Virus record (IMG/VR): IMGVR_UViG_3300036958_000333
Span: 160,001-224,000 of that record
Reading direction: 5' to 3' (one strand)
Length of the DNA: 64,000 nucleotides
Source: a virus
Lineage: Duplodnaviria > Caudoviricetes
In this document: positions 9,745-19,590 of the stretch, piece by piece
How the letters are laid out: every line of letters starts with the position of its first letter
How positions within the stretch are numbered: position 1 is the first letter of the stretch
Made by a program: the position numbers and the translations under genes
Notes under the pieces: generated by a model
The model's input: only the letters and a program-made list of their open reading frames with translations
Database searches by the model: none
Told to the model about the DNA's origin: nothing

Positions 9745-10756
9745 GATTTTCTAATACCTCTAGTATATAATTTACTAAAACTCTTGGATTATAATACTCA
9801 TCAAAAAACTCTTTTCCATTTTTAGCAATTTCTTTTCTTTCTTCTTTATTAATTAAATAATACATAATTTTTTCTTTTAAATCGCTTTCGTTATTAAAAA
9901 ATACACAATGCTTTTTATCTTCTGGTTCTATATATGCAAATTTATTCTCTGTTTTTTGAACTAATAAAAATCCACCTAAATATAATATTTCAAATTGTCT
10001 AAAACAATTTCCTCCATTTCCTCTAAGAGATATATTAATTTTACTAGACTTTAATAAATTAATATATTCAATCATATTAAATTCTCTACATTTAATATTA
10101 TCCGGGAAAGCTACATTAAAACTTAAATCTTTTCTATTATATAATCCTCCAAAAAAATTAATATCTGGCCATTGTTTTAACATACTAATATATTTTATTC
10201 TGTCTTTCGGCCAAGCAGATCCAGAAAAATAAACATCTATATTTTCTCTATTTTCTTCACAATGAGTTTTATATAAATCATTATTAATTTTAAATGAAGT
10301 TAATAAACAAAAAGGATAAAGTTTTTTATTTAAATCTGATGATTTTATATTTTTTTGATTTCCCTTAATATTTATGTTTGATATAATCGTATTTTCTTTA
10401 AACTGACTTTTAAAATATATCTCACAATTATTCCAATAATATTCTGGTATAAGAGAACTATCTATAGAATCTATAATAACTCTTTTCGTCTTTGATTTAA
10501 GATGAGAAGAAATAAAAACAAACAATGAAGAATCTGAAAATATAACATAATCATAATAACCATCTTGTAATCTTGTTAATGCTATTGGTTCTGAAACACA
10601 TGAGATTTCTTCCATTTCGCTAAATGGCAAAAAGCTTTCTCTATACCATCTTTTTCCAGTCCAATTAAATTGGTTTGGACCTAATTTTATTGAAAAATAA
10701 TGTATTAAATTTTGAACTGTTGGATTTATATGTTCATTTAAAAGTAAAATTTTCAT
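9734..10756 (-). CDS. Glycosyltransferase (GT-B, CgeB/Glyco_trans_1_2-like)
   Basis: DVYFSG, SKINISLRGNGGNCFRQFE, ERKEIAKNG motifs. Confidence 0.75.
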   Translation of the reverse strand: MKILLLNEHINPTVQNLIHYFSIKLGPNQFNWTGKRWYRESFLPFSEMEEISCVSEPIALTRLQDGYYDYVIFSDSSLFVFISSHLKSKTKRVIIDSIDSSLIPEYYWNNCEIYFKSQFKENTIISNINIKGNQKNIKSSDLNKKLYPFCLLTSFKINNDLYKTHCEENRENIDVYFSGSAWPKDRIKYISMLKQWPDINFFGGLYNRKDLSFNVAFPDNIKCREFNMIEYINLLKSSKINISLRGNGGNCFRQFEILYLGGFLLVQKTENKFAYIEPEDKKHCVFFNNESDLKEKIMYYLINKEERKEIAKNGKEFFDEYYNPRVLVNYILEVLENHEQ

Positions 10757-10851
10757 TAATATAATTTATTATAGAAAACATTATAAAATAATACAAATAT
10801 ATTATTTATTTGACTTAAAATTTTGATTGATAAATAATTATTATTTAACGT

Positions 10852-11400
10852 TTATGTTTCACCGCTAGATAAATCAGGAGATTGAGAAGAAGGAGCTGGA
10901 GGGGGCATTGATCCTCCTCCAATCCCAAGACCGGCACCTAATTCACCACCTATTCCACCACCTATTCCACCACCCATTCCACCACCCATTCCACCTCTAA
11001 ATAATCCACCTAATGGAGAAGATCCTGGAAATTCACCAAACTGTTGATTATCAGATAATCCTTTTATTCCTTTCATTATTGTTTTCTTTTCTGATAAATC
11101 GACCCAACTAATTGTATTTTTTGATTTTTTAATAGCTTCAACAAATTTTTCACCTAAACCTCCAGGTTTTTTCCAATCATTAATTGAAAAACTAGTCGTT
11201 CCAGATTTATATTTACTTTTATCTAGAAAATGATTGTTTATCCAATTTTTAGCTATTTCTTTATGGTCATCGCTTTGATTAATATCAGGTTTTATTATAA
11301 CAAATTCTCTATCATCTTTTTTATATAAATTTAATGATACCTTTCCTATCTTTAAATTATTTTCTTCTGATTCTAACATGTATTCTTTAAAAGTTTTCAT
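10852..11400 (-). CDS. Putative internal head protein with Gly-rich tail
   Basis: Starts MKTFKEYMLE (T4 internal-protein-like targeting peptide); GGGM/GGGI repeats. Confidence 0.55.
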   Translation of the reverse strand: MKTFKEYMLESEENNLKIGKVSLNLYKKDDREFVIIKPDINQSDDHKEIAKNWINNHFLDKSKYKSGTTSFSINDWKKPGGLGEKFVEAIKKSKNTISWVDLSEKKTIMKGIKGLSDNQQFGEFPGSSPLGGLFRGGMGGGMGGGIGGGIGGELGAGLGIGGGSMPPPAPSSQSPDLSSGET

Positions 11401-11563
11401 TATTTATTATATATTATCTTAATATTTTTTATTTTATAAAATATTTTCTTATATACATCTTTAAAAAGATTATATTATAAATTATTTATTATAAAAATCA
11501 ATATTAATTTATATCAAAAAACAAAATATTTATTATATATAGTATAAAAAGGAAAATTATATT

Positions 11564-12115
11564 ATGGCGATTTATAAAACAGACGGATCTAATTTTAATT
11601 TACTTGGAAGCATGCAAACATATCCAATAAAACAAGCAGACACAGAATTATTTGATAGACTTGATAGAGAACAAATAAAAATAGGTGGAAGTGAAGTAAT
11701 TTATTATAAATCTTTTTTAGATACAAATTATGATGAGTTATATATGGAAGCTTCTGATATAATAACTTCTCAAGAAGGATATCATATTTATTCTCAATTT
11801 ACTCCAATTAGACCAACTCAGCCGCATACTATTTTTGGAATTGATTCACCAGATGAAATGATATTTAATTTCAATTTAACAGAATGGAAAGAAACAATTG
11901 GAGAATTACCAAAATTAAAAAGTTTAATATATTGTAAATGGGATTTTGGATCTGTATGGGAAATCATTGAAAATAATATTTCTGAACCATATAAAATATG
12001 GAAAAAATATAGACTTCAAGTTGTTACTAAAAAATACCAACCTTCTAGATCAGAAAGACATCCTACCAGAAGAGATTCTGAGGATGTAAGTTTAAATAAA
12101 ATAAACATATATTAA
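11564..12115 (+). CDS. Neck / head completion protein, T4 gp14-like
   Basis: EQIKIGGSEVIYY, DELYME, FGIDSPDE, WEI pattern recalled from gp14 family. Confidence 0.65.
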   Translation: MAIYKTDGSNFNLLGSMQTYPIKQADTELFDRLDREQIKIGGSEVIYYKSFLDTNYDELYMEASDIITSQEGYHIYSQFTPIRPTQPHTIFGIDSPDEMIFNFNLTEWKETIGELPKLKSLIYCKWDFGSVWEIIENNISEPYKIWKKYRLQVVTKKYQPSRSERHPTRRDSEDVSLNKINIY

Positions 12116-12270
12116 TATATAATATTTGAATACATTGATTTTAAATATTTATCAATAGCTTTAAATAGTCAAAAATAATAAAGATAATTATTGAAAAACA
12201 ATCATTTTATATTATACAAAATAATAGAAAATTATTAAATATTATTAAAAAAATTATATAAAATATAATA

Positions 12271-13432
12271 TTAAATATTAAAATTTTTAATATTTATTTT
12301 TGCATAATAATTATTATTGATCATTTTTTTATTATATCTTGATAAACATTCATTATATGATTTAAAATTTTTACAATCAAGCGTTGGTAGTGATAAAACT
12401 ATTGGAACATATGGACTATATTTTTAAACAATCTTTTCCAGAATATCCCATTAAAATCAAATCTTTTGGAAACAATACGTCTTGATATACTTTAAATTGT
12501 TTATTTAATATTCCATAAAATTTAATTCCATAACTTTCATCGATATTTAAATTTTTTTCAAAATCAACACGTGTTTCAAGAATTGATATGTTTTCTATGG
12601 ATGTTATTATAAAATTACCATAATTAGTTAAAATATTTTTATATATTATACTAGATATTTCCATTATTTTATGATATAAATAATCAGATTTTTCTTTTAC
12701 TGTTTTCCCATCAACTATCGAAAAATCCAAATCCATTTCTATTCCTGCGTTAAATATAATATCATTAATTATTTGCCTATCTATTTCTGATTTTATTGAA
12801 TATATAAAATCTTTTATAATATTTGATTCTAAAATCAAATTATTATCATGTAAAATTTCTTTATCAATATTTAACATAAAAGGAGTATTAAATTTTTTGG
12901 TATTAACAGATATATTTTCATGTTCTATAGAAACATTTAATGAAAATTCATCTGAATCTTCTTTTGATGTCTTATAATAATATACACTTCCAGTTGGTTG
13001 GGTGGTTGGCTGAATAGATACTATATCATTTATTATTAAATTTTTAAAAATTTCTTTTACTATTGGTAAAGAAATTTTTAAAAATTTTTTACCAATTCCA
13101 TAACAATTATATTCCTTAAAAGATATATCATTATATTTGACTTGATTTTTTAATAAAATATATACCACTTTTCTTGTATGCTCGTCACTTATATCATCTA
13201 ATTTCCAATCAAACTTATAAGGTTTTTTTACTTTTTCTATTATTTTTTGATCAAACATAGGATTATTCTTTTTCAAAGAACATGATCTACAAATATGTTT
13301 ATTATGATTTTTAATAAAATTTTTATTGGCATCTTTCCATTTAATAAAAAATTCTTTACCACATCTATTATAATCACCATTACAATCATATCTAATCTTT
13401 ACTAAAGTATTGTTTTTAAGATTTTCCAACAT
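12271..13432 (-). pseudogene. Divergent gp23-like capsid paralog with N-terminal zinc-ribbon and frameshifted C-terminus
   Basis: Aligns by eye to the MCP (IVSIQP..PTGSVYY, EIDRQIINDI, KVYQDVLFP, LMGY); last 49 aa continue in another frame at 12271-12420. Confidence 0.75.
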
Positions 13433-13522
13433 ACATGTTTTACTCCTTTATAGTTCATATTATATAAAATATTATATTAAAATTATTTATTTTAGTCTTT
13501 CTTATAATAAAAGGAGTAATAA

Positions 13523-14029
13523 ATGAAAACTATTATTATGACAAAAGATCAATTGTTAAAATATTATGAAAATCATGAAAAATTCGATATGATAAAAAAT
13601 GAAATAATAAATTCAAAAAAATTAAAAACACAAGTAAATTTTAATAATATAGAATCTCCAATAATTGGAAGATATAAAATAATATTTATTAATGAAAAAA
13701 ATGATAAAACAAAACATCTATATGAATATGCTAAAAATATATCTAATATAACTATATTTAATGATAAAAATACAAACGTTGCTGATTTTTCATTTAAGTT
13801 ATTTTTTGACGGATCAGGATCTAATACTCTTCAAGAAATTATATTAAAAAAAGATCATTCTGGAGATATAATAATAAAACAAATTAATGAACTAAACCAA
13901 TCATATTTCTTTATAATATTAAAAGATTATAAAATCAATGAAATAAAAATAAGTGAAATAAATAAAGGAATGGTTGATATAATAACATCAATAGAATATA
14001 AAGAAACAATAATTATTAATAACGATTAA
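13523..14029 (+). CDS. Hypothetical protein (weak tail-tube-like pattern)
   Basis: 168 aa, AAGGAG RBS; alternating hydrophobic strands. Confidence 0.45.
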   Translation: MKTIIMTKDQLLKYYENHEKFDMIKNEIINSKKLKTQVNFNNIESPIIGRYKIIFINEKNDKTKHLYEYAKNISNITIFNDKNTNVADFSFKLFFDGSGSNTLQEIILKKDHSGDIIIKQINELNQSYFFIILKDYKINEIKISEINKGMVDIITSIEYKETIIINND

Positions 14030-15876
14030 TTCCATACAAAAACCATATTTCCACAGTCCCATATCCTTCTATAACCATTATTATAAATATTTTCTATCTT
14101 TGTTAAATCTTTGTTAAAATATTTTAATTTATATTTTTTAAATTTATCATTATAATATAATTCTAAATCATTTGGAAGGAAATAATAATAATTGTATTCA
14201 GTATTGTTAATATATTTAAATCCTAAATCATAAAATACATCTCCGTTTCCATATCTTCTGTTTTCATAAGCTATAATCGATTTCGGTTTGTATTTATTAA
14301 TAAAATAATTAAATATCTTGTTATATCCACCAATAATTGAATAATTAATTAAAGAACTATATCTAGACAATTCAAATTGATATTTACAATTAGATCTTGG
14401 AATCCTAAATGACATAACAGAAATTAATTTATTATTATAACATAATCCTATATTTATAATAGAATTAGTATATCCATATAAATGATTATTATTATAAAAA
14501 TCATTACAGTTTTTTATTTCTACAATATTACAATATTTGGAATTTATACATATATTTTTTCCAATTTTATCATTAATAATTGATTTCCATATATTCTTTT
14601 TTATATCATTTATCCATTCATTTTCAAATATATGAAATAATTGTATTCCTTTTAAATTACACATATCAGTTTTTATTGCATGCTTGTTTTTTAAATTACT
14701 ATCTGAATAAACATTATTAGAAGAATGCCAATATAAACCATTAAATTCAATTGCTAATTTATAATCTGGTAAATATATATCTAATTCGTTTGGATATATT
14801 ATCTTTCTATCATTAAAGATAATATTTTTAATTTTAATAAATTCTCTTATTTCTTTTTCATAAGATGATATACAATTTTCATATCTTATTGGAATTTCTA
14901 GCCTATGTAAATAACTAAGAACAGTCGTATAATAAACATTTAATTGTTTGGCTATTTCTTTGGACGTCTTATTATTATTTATATATTCTTTATATAACCA
15001 TTCTTTGTTTTGCAATAACGCGAGACTTTTATCACTTATATGTTTTTGATTGTAATTTGTTTTTCCATATTTTATTAAACATGTTTGTTTTCCTTTTTGA
15101 CGAATATAACTAGAACACAACGAGCTGTTTCCACCATATTTGATTTTACAAGTATTTTGTGTTTTTTGTTTAATATTATCTGATTTTTGTGGATTATCAC
15201 AGCCATATTTCTTTATATTAGTATTTTTAATTTTATTTTTAATTTTTGTAGAAGAAAAAACATTCTGTGCGCCATATTTTTTTAAATTAGTTTTTTTTAT
15301 TTTTTCTTGAATACACTTGGATCCAAAAGGAGAACTAGACTTATACTTTTCTTGAAATACTTTACGAATTTTTAATTGTACATTTGAATCATTAAAACAT
15401 GATATGTTTAATTTAGATAATGAATCAGAAATCTTTTTTTTGATATTAATATTTTGAACAGCATGTTCTACTCCATATTTTTTTAAACAAGTTTGTTTTC
15501 TTTTATTTATACTAGATTGTATTCGATCATTTGTTAATAATGACCAATTATATTTTATTTTTTTAGAAATAACACTTTTAACATTTTTATCTGTATGAGA
15601 ACAATTTCTGCAACAAAATTTTTGATATCCTAGATTAAAAGATAAAAATTTACTATTATTTTGACAATTAATATTATTACATTTTACGTTTTTAGTTAAT
15701 CCATTAATTATACAATATATTCTTTCAGAAATAGAAGCATTATCATTTAAATAACTAGTTAAATCTAAAATTATATTATATTTATCTATATGTTTTTTCT
15801 TAATTATTCTAAATCTATTTGGATCAATATTTTTGTCTTTTCCAATAACATTTTTATATAACCATTTTATAATCAT
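14026..15876 (-). CDS. Free-standing homing-type endonuclease (Hef/Vsr-like), copy 2
   Basis: Six K(K)YG-type repeats, ELDIYLPDYKLAIEFNGLYWHS, RIWDCGN. Confidence 0.75.
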   Translation of the reverse strand: MIIKWLYKNVIGKDKNIDPNRFRIIKKKHIDKYNIILDLTSYLNDNASISERIYCIINGLTKNVKCNNINCQNNSKFLSFNLGYQKFCCRNCSHTDKNVKSVISKKIKYNWSLLTNDRIQSSINKRKQTCLKKYGVEHAVQNINIKKKISDSLSKLNISCFNDSNVQLKIRKVFQEKYKSSSPFGSKCIQEKIKKTNLKKYGAQNVFSSTKIKNKIKNTNIKKYGCDNPQKSDNIKQKTQNTCKIKYGGNSSLCSSYIRQKGKQTCLIKYGKTNYNQKHISDKSLALLQNKEWLYKEYINNNKTSKEIAKQLNVYYTTVLSYLHRLEIPIRYENCISSYEKEIREFIKIKNIIFNDRKIIYPNELDIYLPDYKLAIEFNGLYWHSSNNVYSDSNLKNKHAIKTDMCNLKGIQLFHIFENEWINDIKKNIWKSIINDKIGKNICINSKYCNIVEIKNCNDFYNNNHLYGYTNSIINIGLCYNNKLISVMSFRIPRSNCKYQFELSRYSSLINYSIIGGYNKIFNYFINKYKPKSIIAYENRRYGNGDVFYDLGFKYINNTEYNYYYFLPNDLELYYNDKFKKYKLKYFNKDLTKIENIYNNGYRRIWDCGNMVFVWN

Positions 15877-15925
15877 AACAAAATAATAAATAAAATATAT
15901 ACTCGCTTAATTATATCTACAATAA

Positions 15926-15958
15926 ATAAAAAAGTGGGAAGACTTTCGTCTTCCCACT
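15926..15958 (-). terminator. Intrinsic terminator of major capsid gene
   Basis: 11-bp stem AGTGGGAAGAC-GAAA-GTCTTCCCACT followed by T tract on minus strand. Confidence 0.9.
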
Positions 15959-15990
15959 AATAAATTCATACAGCGTTGATTTTATTAAAC

Positions 15991-17706
15991 TTATATCACG
16001 AAATTTTGGACGCTGATTCTGGCGTAAAATTTAGCACCCTCTCTCAATAGTTTCTTTCCATATCGGGTTAAAACACCCCTTCGAGGACAGAAACTGTCTG
16101 GATCCAACACAACGGGAGTTTGTGTTAATGGTACATACGGACAATAGAAATATCCACTATCCATATAACTATCACCACGATATCCCATTAGAATAGAACC
16201 ACGAGGGAATAAGGGATCTTTATACACTTTCCAGCGACCATTTACTGTTCCAATATATTGAATTCCTAATGAAGATTCAAAATTATTGGAAGGAGCAGGA
16301 GCAAAACCAGCTGTTGCAGTTTCAAAAATAGATGCAACTTCTGGAGATGTCACAATCCAGTTTGCGCCACCGCGCAATGTTTTTCTATGAATGATATTGG
16401 AAATTTCAACTACTTTAATATACAACGACTCATACTTTTCTTTTATAGTATCGCCAAGAGCCGTTGCAAAGTCCCAAGTAGCAACTGTTCCAGCATTTCT
16501 ACGAAGATCAGTTATAATTTCCCTGTCAATTTCAAGATTGATTTCTTTTGCCAAGACCTGAGTCAATTCAGCCTCAGCATCAATATTGTGCTGAGAACGA
16601 AGATCTTGCTGTGCCTCAAATGACCAAACAGCTTTTAACTTTCTGGTTTTTGCGACTATAGACTCAGATTCAATAACCAAATTAACCTCTGGCATATCAG
16701 CATTGCATTCCATGTCATATTCATAAGTAGAAGTTGTAATAGTTAAAACATCAGCACCAGCACCAGCACTTGTATTTACAAATCCTGTTCCTGTAAAAAC
16801 AATCACTCCAGTTGTTGGATTAAAAGTAACCTCGTTTAGCGTTATATCAGTTGTAATTGCAGTATTTGTAATATCATATTTATACGTTCCATTAGTTAAA
16901 GTTCCATTAACAGATTCGTCAACAGCGGCTAGAGCAGCTGTTGTTCCAACCCATCTAAATACAGATGTAGAAGCAGAACTAATTGAAAAATCAAATGTAA
17001 CTGTTTGATTTTTATCTGTATCTTTACAAGTAAATTTTCCCCATACCATATAAGGAACATTAGTTCCAAATGGAGAGCCATATCCACCAGGAAAACCACC
17101 AGCTGTTGCAGCCGTAACAGCATTATTTGCATTTGCATCAGAAATATCTGCATAAAGTGTTCCATTGTTTAGAATAGGTGTATGGGAAAATACACCTGTT
17201 GCTGTAGTTGTATTAGTAATTACAGTAGATACAGATTCTCCAGCAACTCTTTGATGAGAATACCAAATATCTAAGTTGGCATCACCATCTGTTTGCTGTT
17301 GCATAGTAATGCTTTCAGCACCAGCTGTTCCAACAGGCTGGTCTTTATTAGTTTGACCAAGAGTAGTTCCTTTATCTGTTCCATAGCGAAATCTTAAGTA
17401 ATAAACAAGTCCTGTTGGACCAAGTAAAGGTTGAACCGAAACGATTTTATTAGCTACTAACTGAGGATAAATTCTTCTTACTAGAGGAATAGAAATTCTA
17501 CGGAATTGTGCGACGTCTGAAGTATCAGTTCCGCCAGTAAGAGCCTCGTTAATAGGTATTTGTCTGTTAAGAAGCTCTTGATTTTCTAATAGGACAGATG
17601 TTACTCTTCTGGTATATATATCATCTATACCTTCGAGTAATCCACTTTCATCCCATTTTTCTTCAAGTTTAGTTGCTTCTGCGATTAGAATATTATTAAT
17701 ATCCAT
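15991..17706 (-). CDS. gp23: Major capsid protein, T4 gp23-like
   Basis: LLENQ, IPLVRRIYPQL, VSVQPLLGPTGLVYYLR, TRKLKAVWS, EINLEIDREII, YCPYVPL, TRYG. Confidence 0.97.
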   Translation of the reverse strand: MDINNILIAEATKLEEKWDESGLLEGIDDIYTRRVTSVLLENQELLNRQIPINEALTGGTDTSDVAQFRRISIPLVRRIYPQLVANKIVSVQPLLGPTGLVYYLRFRYGTDKGTTLGQTNKDQPVGTAGAESITMQQQTDGDANLDIWYSHQRVAGESVSTVITNTTTATGVFSHTPILNNGTLYADISDANANNAVTAATAGGFPGGYGSPFGTNVPYMVWGKFTCKDTDKNQTVTFDFSISSASTSVFRWVGTTAALAAVDESVNGTLTNGTYKYDITNTAITTDITLNEVTFNPTTGVIVFTGTGFVNTSAGAGADVLTITTSTYEYDMECNADMPEVNLVIESESIVAKTRKLKAVWSFEAQQDLRSQHNIDAEAELTQVLAKEINLEIDREIITDLRRNAGTVATWDFATALGDTIKEKYESLYIKVVEISNIIHRKTLRGGANWIVTSPEVASIFETATAGFAPAPSNNFESSLGIQYIGTVNGRWKVYKDPLFPRGSILMGYRGDSYMDSGYFYCPYVPLTQTPVVLDPDSFCPRRGVLTRYGKKLLREGAKFYARISVQNFVI

Positions 17707-17733
17707 ATGTTTTTTACTCCTATATAAAATTTT

Positions 17734-18855
17734 TTACTTTGTTATGCCTGCTAATTTTCTCATATAATCAGATTCAGACATAATAATATTTCTATTGGCT
17801 CTTTTGTCTACGGCTCTCTCTGTAATTAATTCGTGTTCAGAAATTACACTTCCGCGACCTTCTACTTCCTCTGCATTTCTTTCTGATAACCTTCTTTGTA
17901 TTCTTCTTTCTATATCATCACCTCGATATATACTGTTTTTATTTTTAATATAATCAATATCATCTTTATAATCATTGTCATTATACTCATTGTCATCATC
18001 ATCATCTTCATCTAAATCAATCTTTCGATTTTTAAAATCCTCATCTCTAGTATAAATACCTTTATCTTTTTTATTATAAATACCTCTATCTTCGAGTGAT
18101 TTAGGACGATATTTTTTCGAAGAACTTTCTGTTAAAAGTCTCATATTTTTAGCTTTAATTGTTTTGTTTTCTGCCTTTAATCTTTTAATACTTTCCTCTA
18201 AATTTTCTATTTTTTCAGATACAGAATCATCAATTTCACTAGAGCTTAGAGAAGACGATACGATTTTTTTGATTTTATCAAATGCAACTTTATGTTCTAG
18301 AATTTCTGGAGAATTTTGTAATTCTCTTTTTACGGCTTCTGTAATTTCATCAACTCTTTCTTCAAGGAATCCATCGATTTTTTCAACAAGATCATTTTTC
18401 ATATCTTCTATTTGTCTCATATATTCTTCATATAAGTTTTGCTCTAATTGTTCATTATAAGCTTTTTCTTCTTCAATCATGTTCTTAGCAATTTCATACT
18501 GCTCATTTAGAAATGATTCAAATTCATTGGCTTGTCTTTGTAATTGTTCATCTTTTTCTTGAATTTCTAATTTAGCTTGTTCATATCCTTCAATTGCTTT
18601 ATCAATATTTTCTTGCAATTTATATTCATTTTGTTCTTTAATTTCTTCAATCTTATTTTCATAAGATTCTTTAATGCTTTTCATTTGCTGATCCCATTCA
18701 CTATATGATGATTCTAATGTTCTTTCATATTCTTCTTTGAGATTTTCTCTTGTATTTTCAACAAATTCATTAATAGCTCTTTCGACATTAGAAACCTGAT
18801 CTCTAGGAATAAGATTTTTTACGCTTTCTAATATAACATCTTTTAATCTTGACAT
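17734..18855 (-). CDS. gp22: Prohead scaffolding protein, gp22-like
   Basis: Acidic coiled-coil between protease and MCP; LVEKIDGFLE; C-terminal MRKLAGI. Confidence 0.8.
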   Translation of the reverse strand: MSRLKDVILESVKNLIPRDQVSNVERAINEFVENTRENLKEEYERTLESSYSEWDQQMKSIKESYENKIEEIKEQNEYKLQENIDKAIEGYEQAKLEIQEKDEQLQRQANEFESFLNEQYEIAKNMIEEEKAYNEQLEQNLYEEYMRQIEDMKNDLVEKIDGFLEERVDEITEAVKRELQNSPEILEHKVAFDKIKKIVSSSLSSSEIDDSVSEKIENLEESIKRLKAENKTIKAKNMRLLTESSSKKYRPKSLEDRGIYNKKDKGIYTRDEDFKNRKIDLDEDDDDDNEYNDNDYKDDIDYIKNKNSIYRGDDIERRIQRRLSERNAEEVEGRGSVISEHELITERAVDKRANRNIIMSESDYMRKLAGITK

Positions 18856-18887
18856 GTTTTAATCTCCCATTAAAATTTTTTATATAT

Positions 18888-19577
18888 TTAATCTTTAATT
18901 GATTCTTTAAAAAGTTCTCCAATTAATCCTATTAATTGATGTGAATCTACATTATTGTTTCTATTAATGTTGTTAGTAGTATTTATTAACGAAGATTGTT
19001 TTTTTTGTTGAAATTTTTGAGGATTATTACGAAAACGGTTTTTTATACTTTCTCCAATTTGTTGTGAAACAAATGCGCTTGGAGTAGAAGGATCAGCGAC
19101 AACATCAAATGTAATTAATTTGAAAGTTTCATCAACTATCATTGTACCATCTTTATCTGTCTTTCCGTTTCCAATACCACGAGAAGATATTCCAACAGGA
19201 ATTCCACATCTAATAATAGTTTCTAATATTTTTCCGGCTGGAGTTGGAAGTATTTCTCCTTCACCATATAAAACATTATCAATCCACCAAAGTCTTGTTA
19301 TTAAATGTGATGCATTTTCTAAATGGATAATAGAATCAGATGGATGATCTAATTCTCCAAATAACCTTCTTTCTAATATTATTGGATCTAATCTGCATCT
19401 TTCTCTTTCAAGAAGATTATATCTATATAATCTTCCATTTTTATTTTTAACTTCAGCTTCTTGAAATTTACCTTTAAATTTTACAAAACCATTAGAATTT
19501 GCAGATTCATTAACTTCAATTTCAATCATTGAACTTCCAACGCAATCACATATTAAATATTTTTTTTCTTTTTCCAT
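18888..19577 (-). CDS. gp21: Prohead protease, gp21-like
   Basis: NKNGRLY, GELDHP, TPAGKI, GISSRGIG, FDVVADPSTP. Confidence 0.95.
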   Translation of the reverse strand: MEKEKKYLICDCVGSSMIEIEVNESANSNGFVKFKGKFQEAEVKNKNGRLYRYNLLERERCRLDPIILERRLFGELDHPSDSIIHLENASHLITRLWWIDNVLYGEGEILPTPAGKILETIIRCGIPVGISSRGIGNGKTDKDGTMIVDETFKLITFDVVADPSTPSAFVSQQIGESIKNRFRNNPQKFQQKKQSSLINTTNNINRNNNVDSHQLIGLIGELFKESIKD

Positions 19578-19590
19578 TAATTTGTTCCTT

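Noticed and set aside
12423-12429. T-TTA-AAA slippery site as programmed -1 shift in the capsid paralog
   Set aside because: The homologous tail is in the +1 frame and about four residues are missing, which fits a deletion better
13440-13520. TACTCCTTT / AAAGGAGTA inverted repeat
   Set aside because: Explained by the two ribosome-binding sites of divergent genes
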